Shown in pieces: positions 63,534-64,000 of a stretch of DNA of 64,000 bases. The notes beneath the pieces are model-generated. The model was given only the letters and a program-made list of their open reading frames with translations, did no database searches and had not been told where the DNA came from. Source of the DNA: Klebsormidium nitens (lineage: Eukaryota; Plantae; Klebsormidiophyceae); assembly GCA_000708835.1 (NCBI GenBank), contig DF237429.1, forward strand, positions 1 through 64,000, written 5' to 3'. The stretch's first letter is position 1; every line of letters begins with the position of its first letter. The position numbers were made by a program, and so were the translations under genes.

Positions 63534-64000
63534 GTGAGCAGACTTTCTGACCGCATTGGGTGCAAATAAAGTACGGGAAAATGATCAAAAGGACACGATA
63601 GCCCTTAGGGCAGGTGTGAATGGGACAGTTATCCATGCCACTTGGAGATGGATTGCTCTGCATGGCGTTTTTGACTTGTCACTCGAAAAAATCGATTACT
63701 TTTTTGGAGCACTTTGCTGAGCGGCCTGGACAGACGCAAACGTGTTATGCAAACTGGTTTCATCCCAAATGGTTTAGGATCATATCGAATAACTTTTATC
63801 GTAAAGCAGATCGACTCTCTTCACAAGTCTGGCTTTCAGACGAATATTCATCCAGGAAAGAACTCTCTTTGATGTCTCATCCCCTCTCGGAAAAGCGGCC
63901 TTCTTCGCTTCAAGGAGCAAAATGTAGAAAGAACCAAGGTTTTGAAGACGTTGTGAACGGTGCACTGTGACCCTCACGCCTTACGTCAATCTTGGCGACT

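Noticed and set aside
1-64000. tRNA, rRNA, snRNA genes and long miRNA-like hairpins
   Set aside because: No T-loop/acceptor pattern, no U1/U2/U6 5' signature and no long fold-back were found by eye. A covariance-model scan could still find something.

Overview
Intron-rich eukaryotic genomic DNA with compact, GC-rich genes, most likely from a streptophyte (charophyte) green alga such as Klebsormidium. This is inferred from a plastid-targeted flavodiiron gene, a plant-type rhamnogalacturonan lyase and the intron style; it is not proven. I reconstructed the exon chains by hand, and the complete ones sum to whole codons. Genes in order: SLX1/HIGLE GIY-YIG nuclease (+); 22-exon Argonaute with intact DEDH tetrad (-); small unknown protein (+, partial); SNAPC4/MYB4R1-like (-); ~55-aa small protein (+); flavodiiron FLVB (-); RPAP3 TPR co-chaperone (+); unknown protein with C-terminal RING (-); acidic membrane-anchored protein (+); secreted Pmp-like beta-helix/EGF glycoprotein (-); 5' part of a PL4 rhamnogalacturonan lyase (+). 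No rRNA, tRNA, CRISPR or intact autonomous transposon was seen; a MITE-like element opens the window. I found no clear-cut new multi-gene system. The most unusual signals are: (1) palindrome-dense islands in all five convergent (tail-to-tail) spacers; (2) three genes each carrying tandem duplications of an exon-intron junction; (3) a phased GACAGCTGG array in an intron; (4) a loose neighbourhood of small-RNA-related genes with Trp/WG-rich tails.
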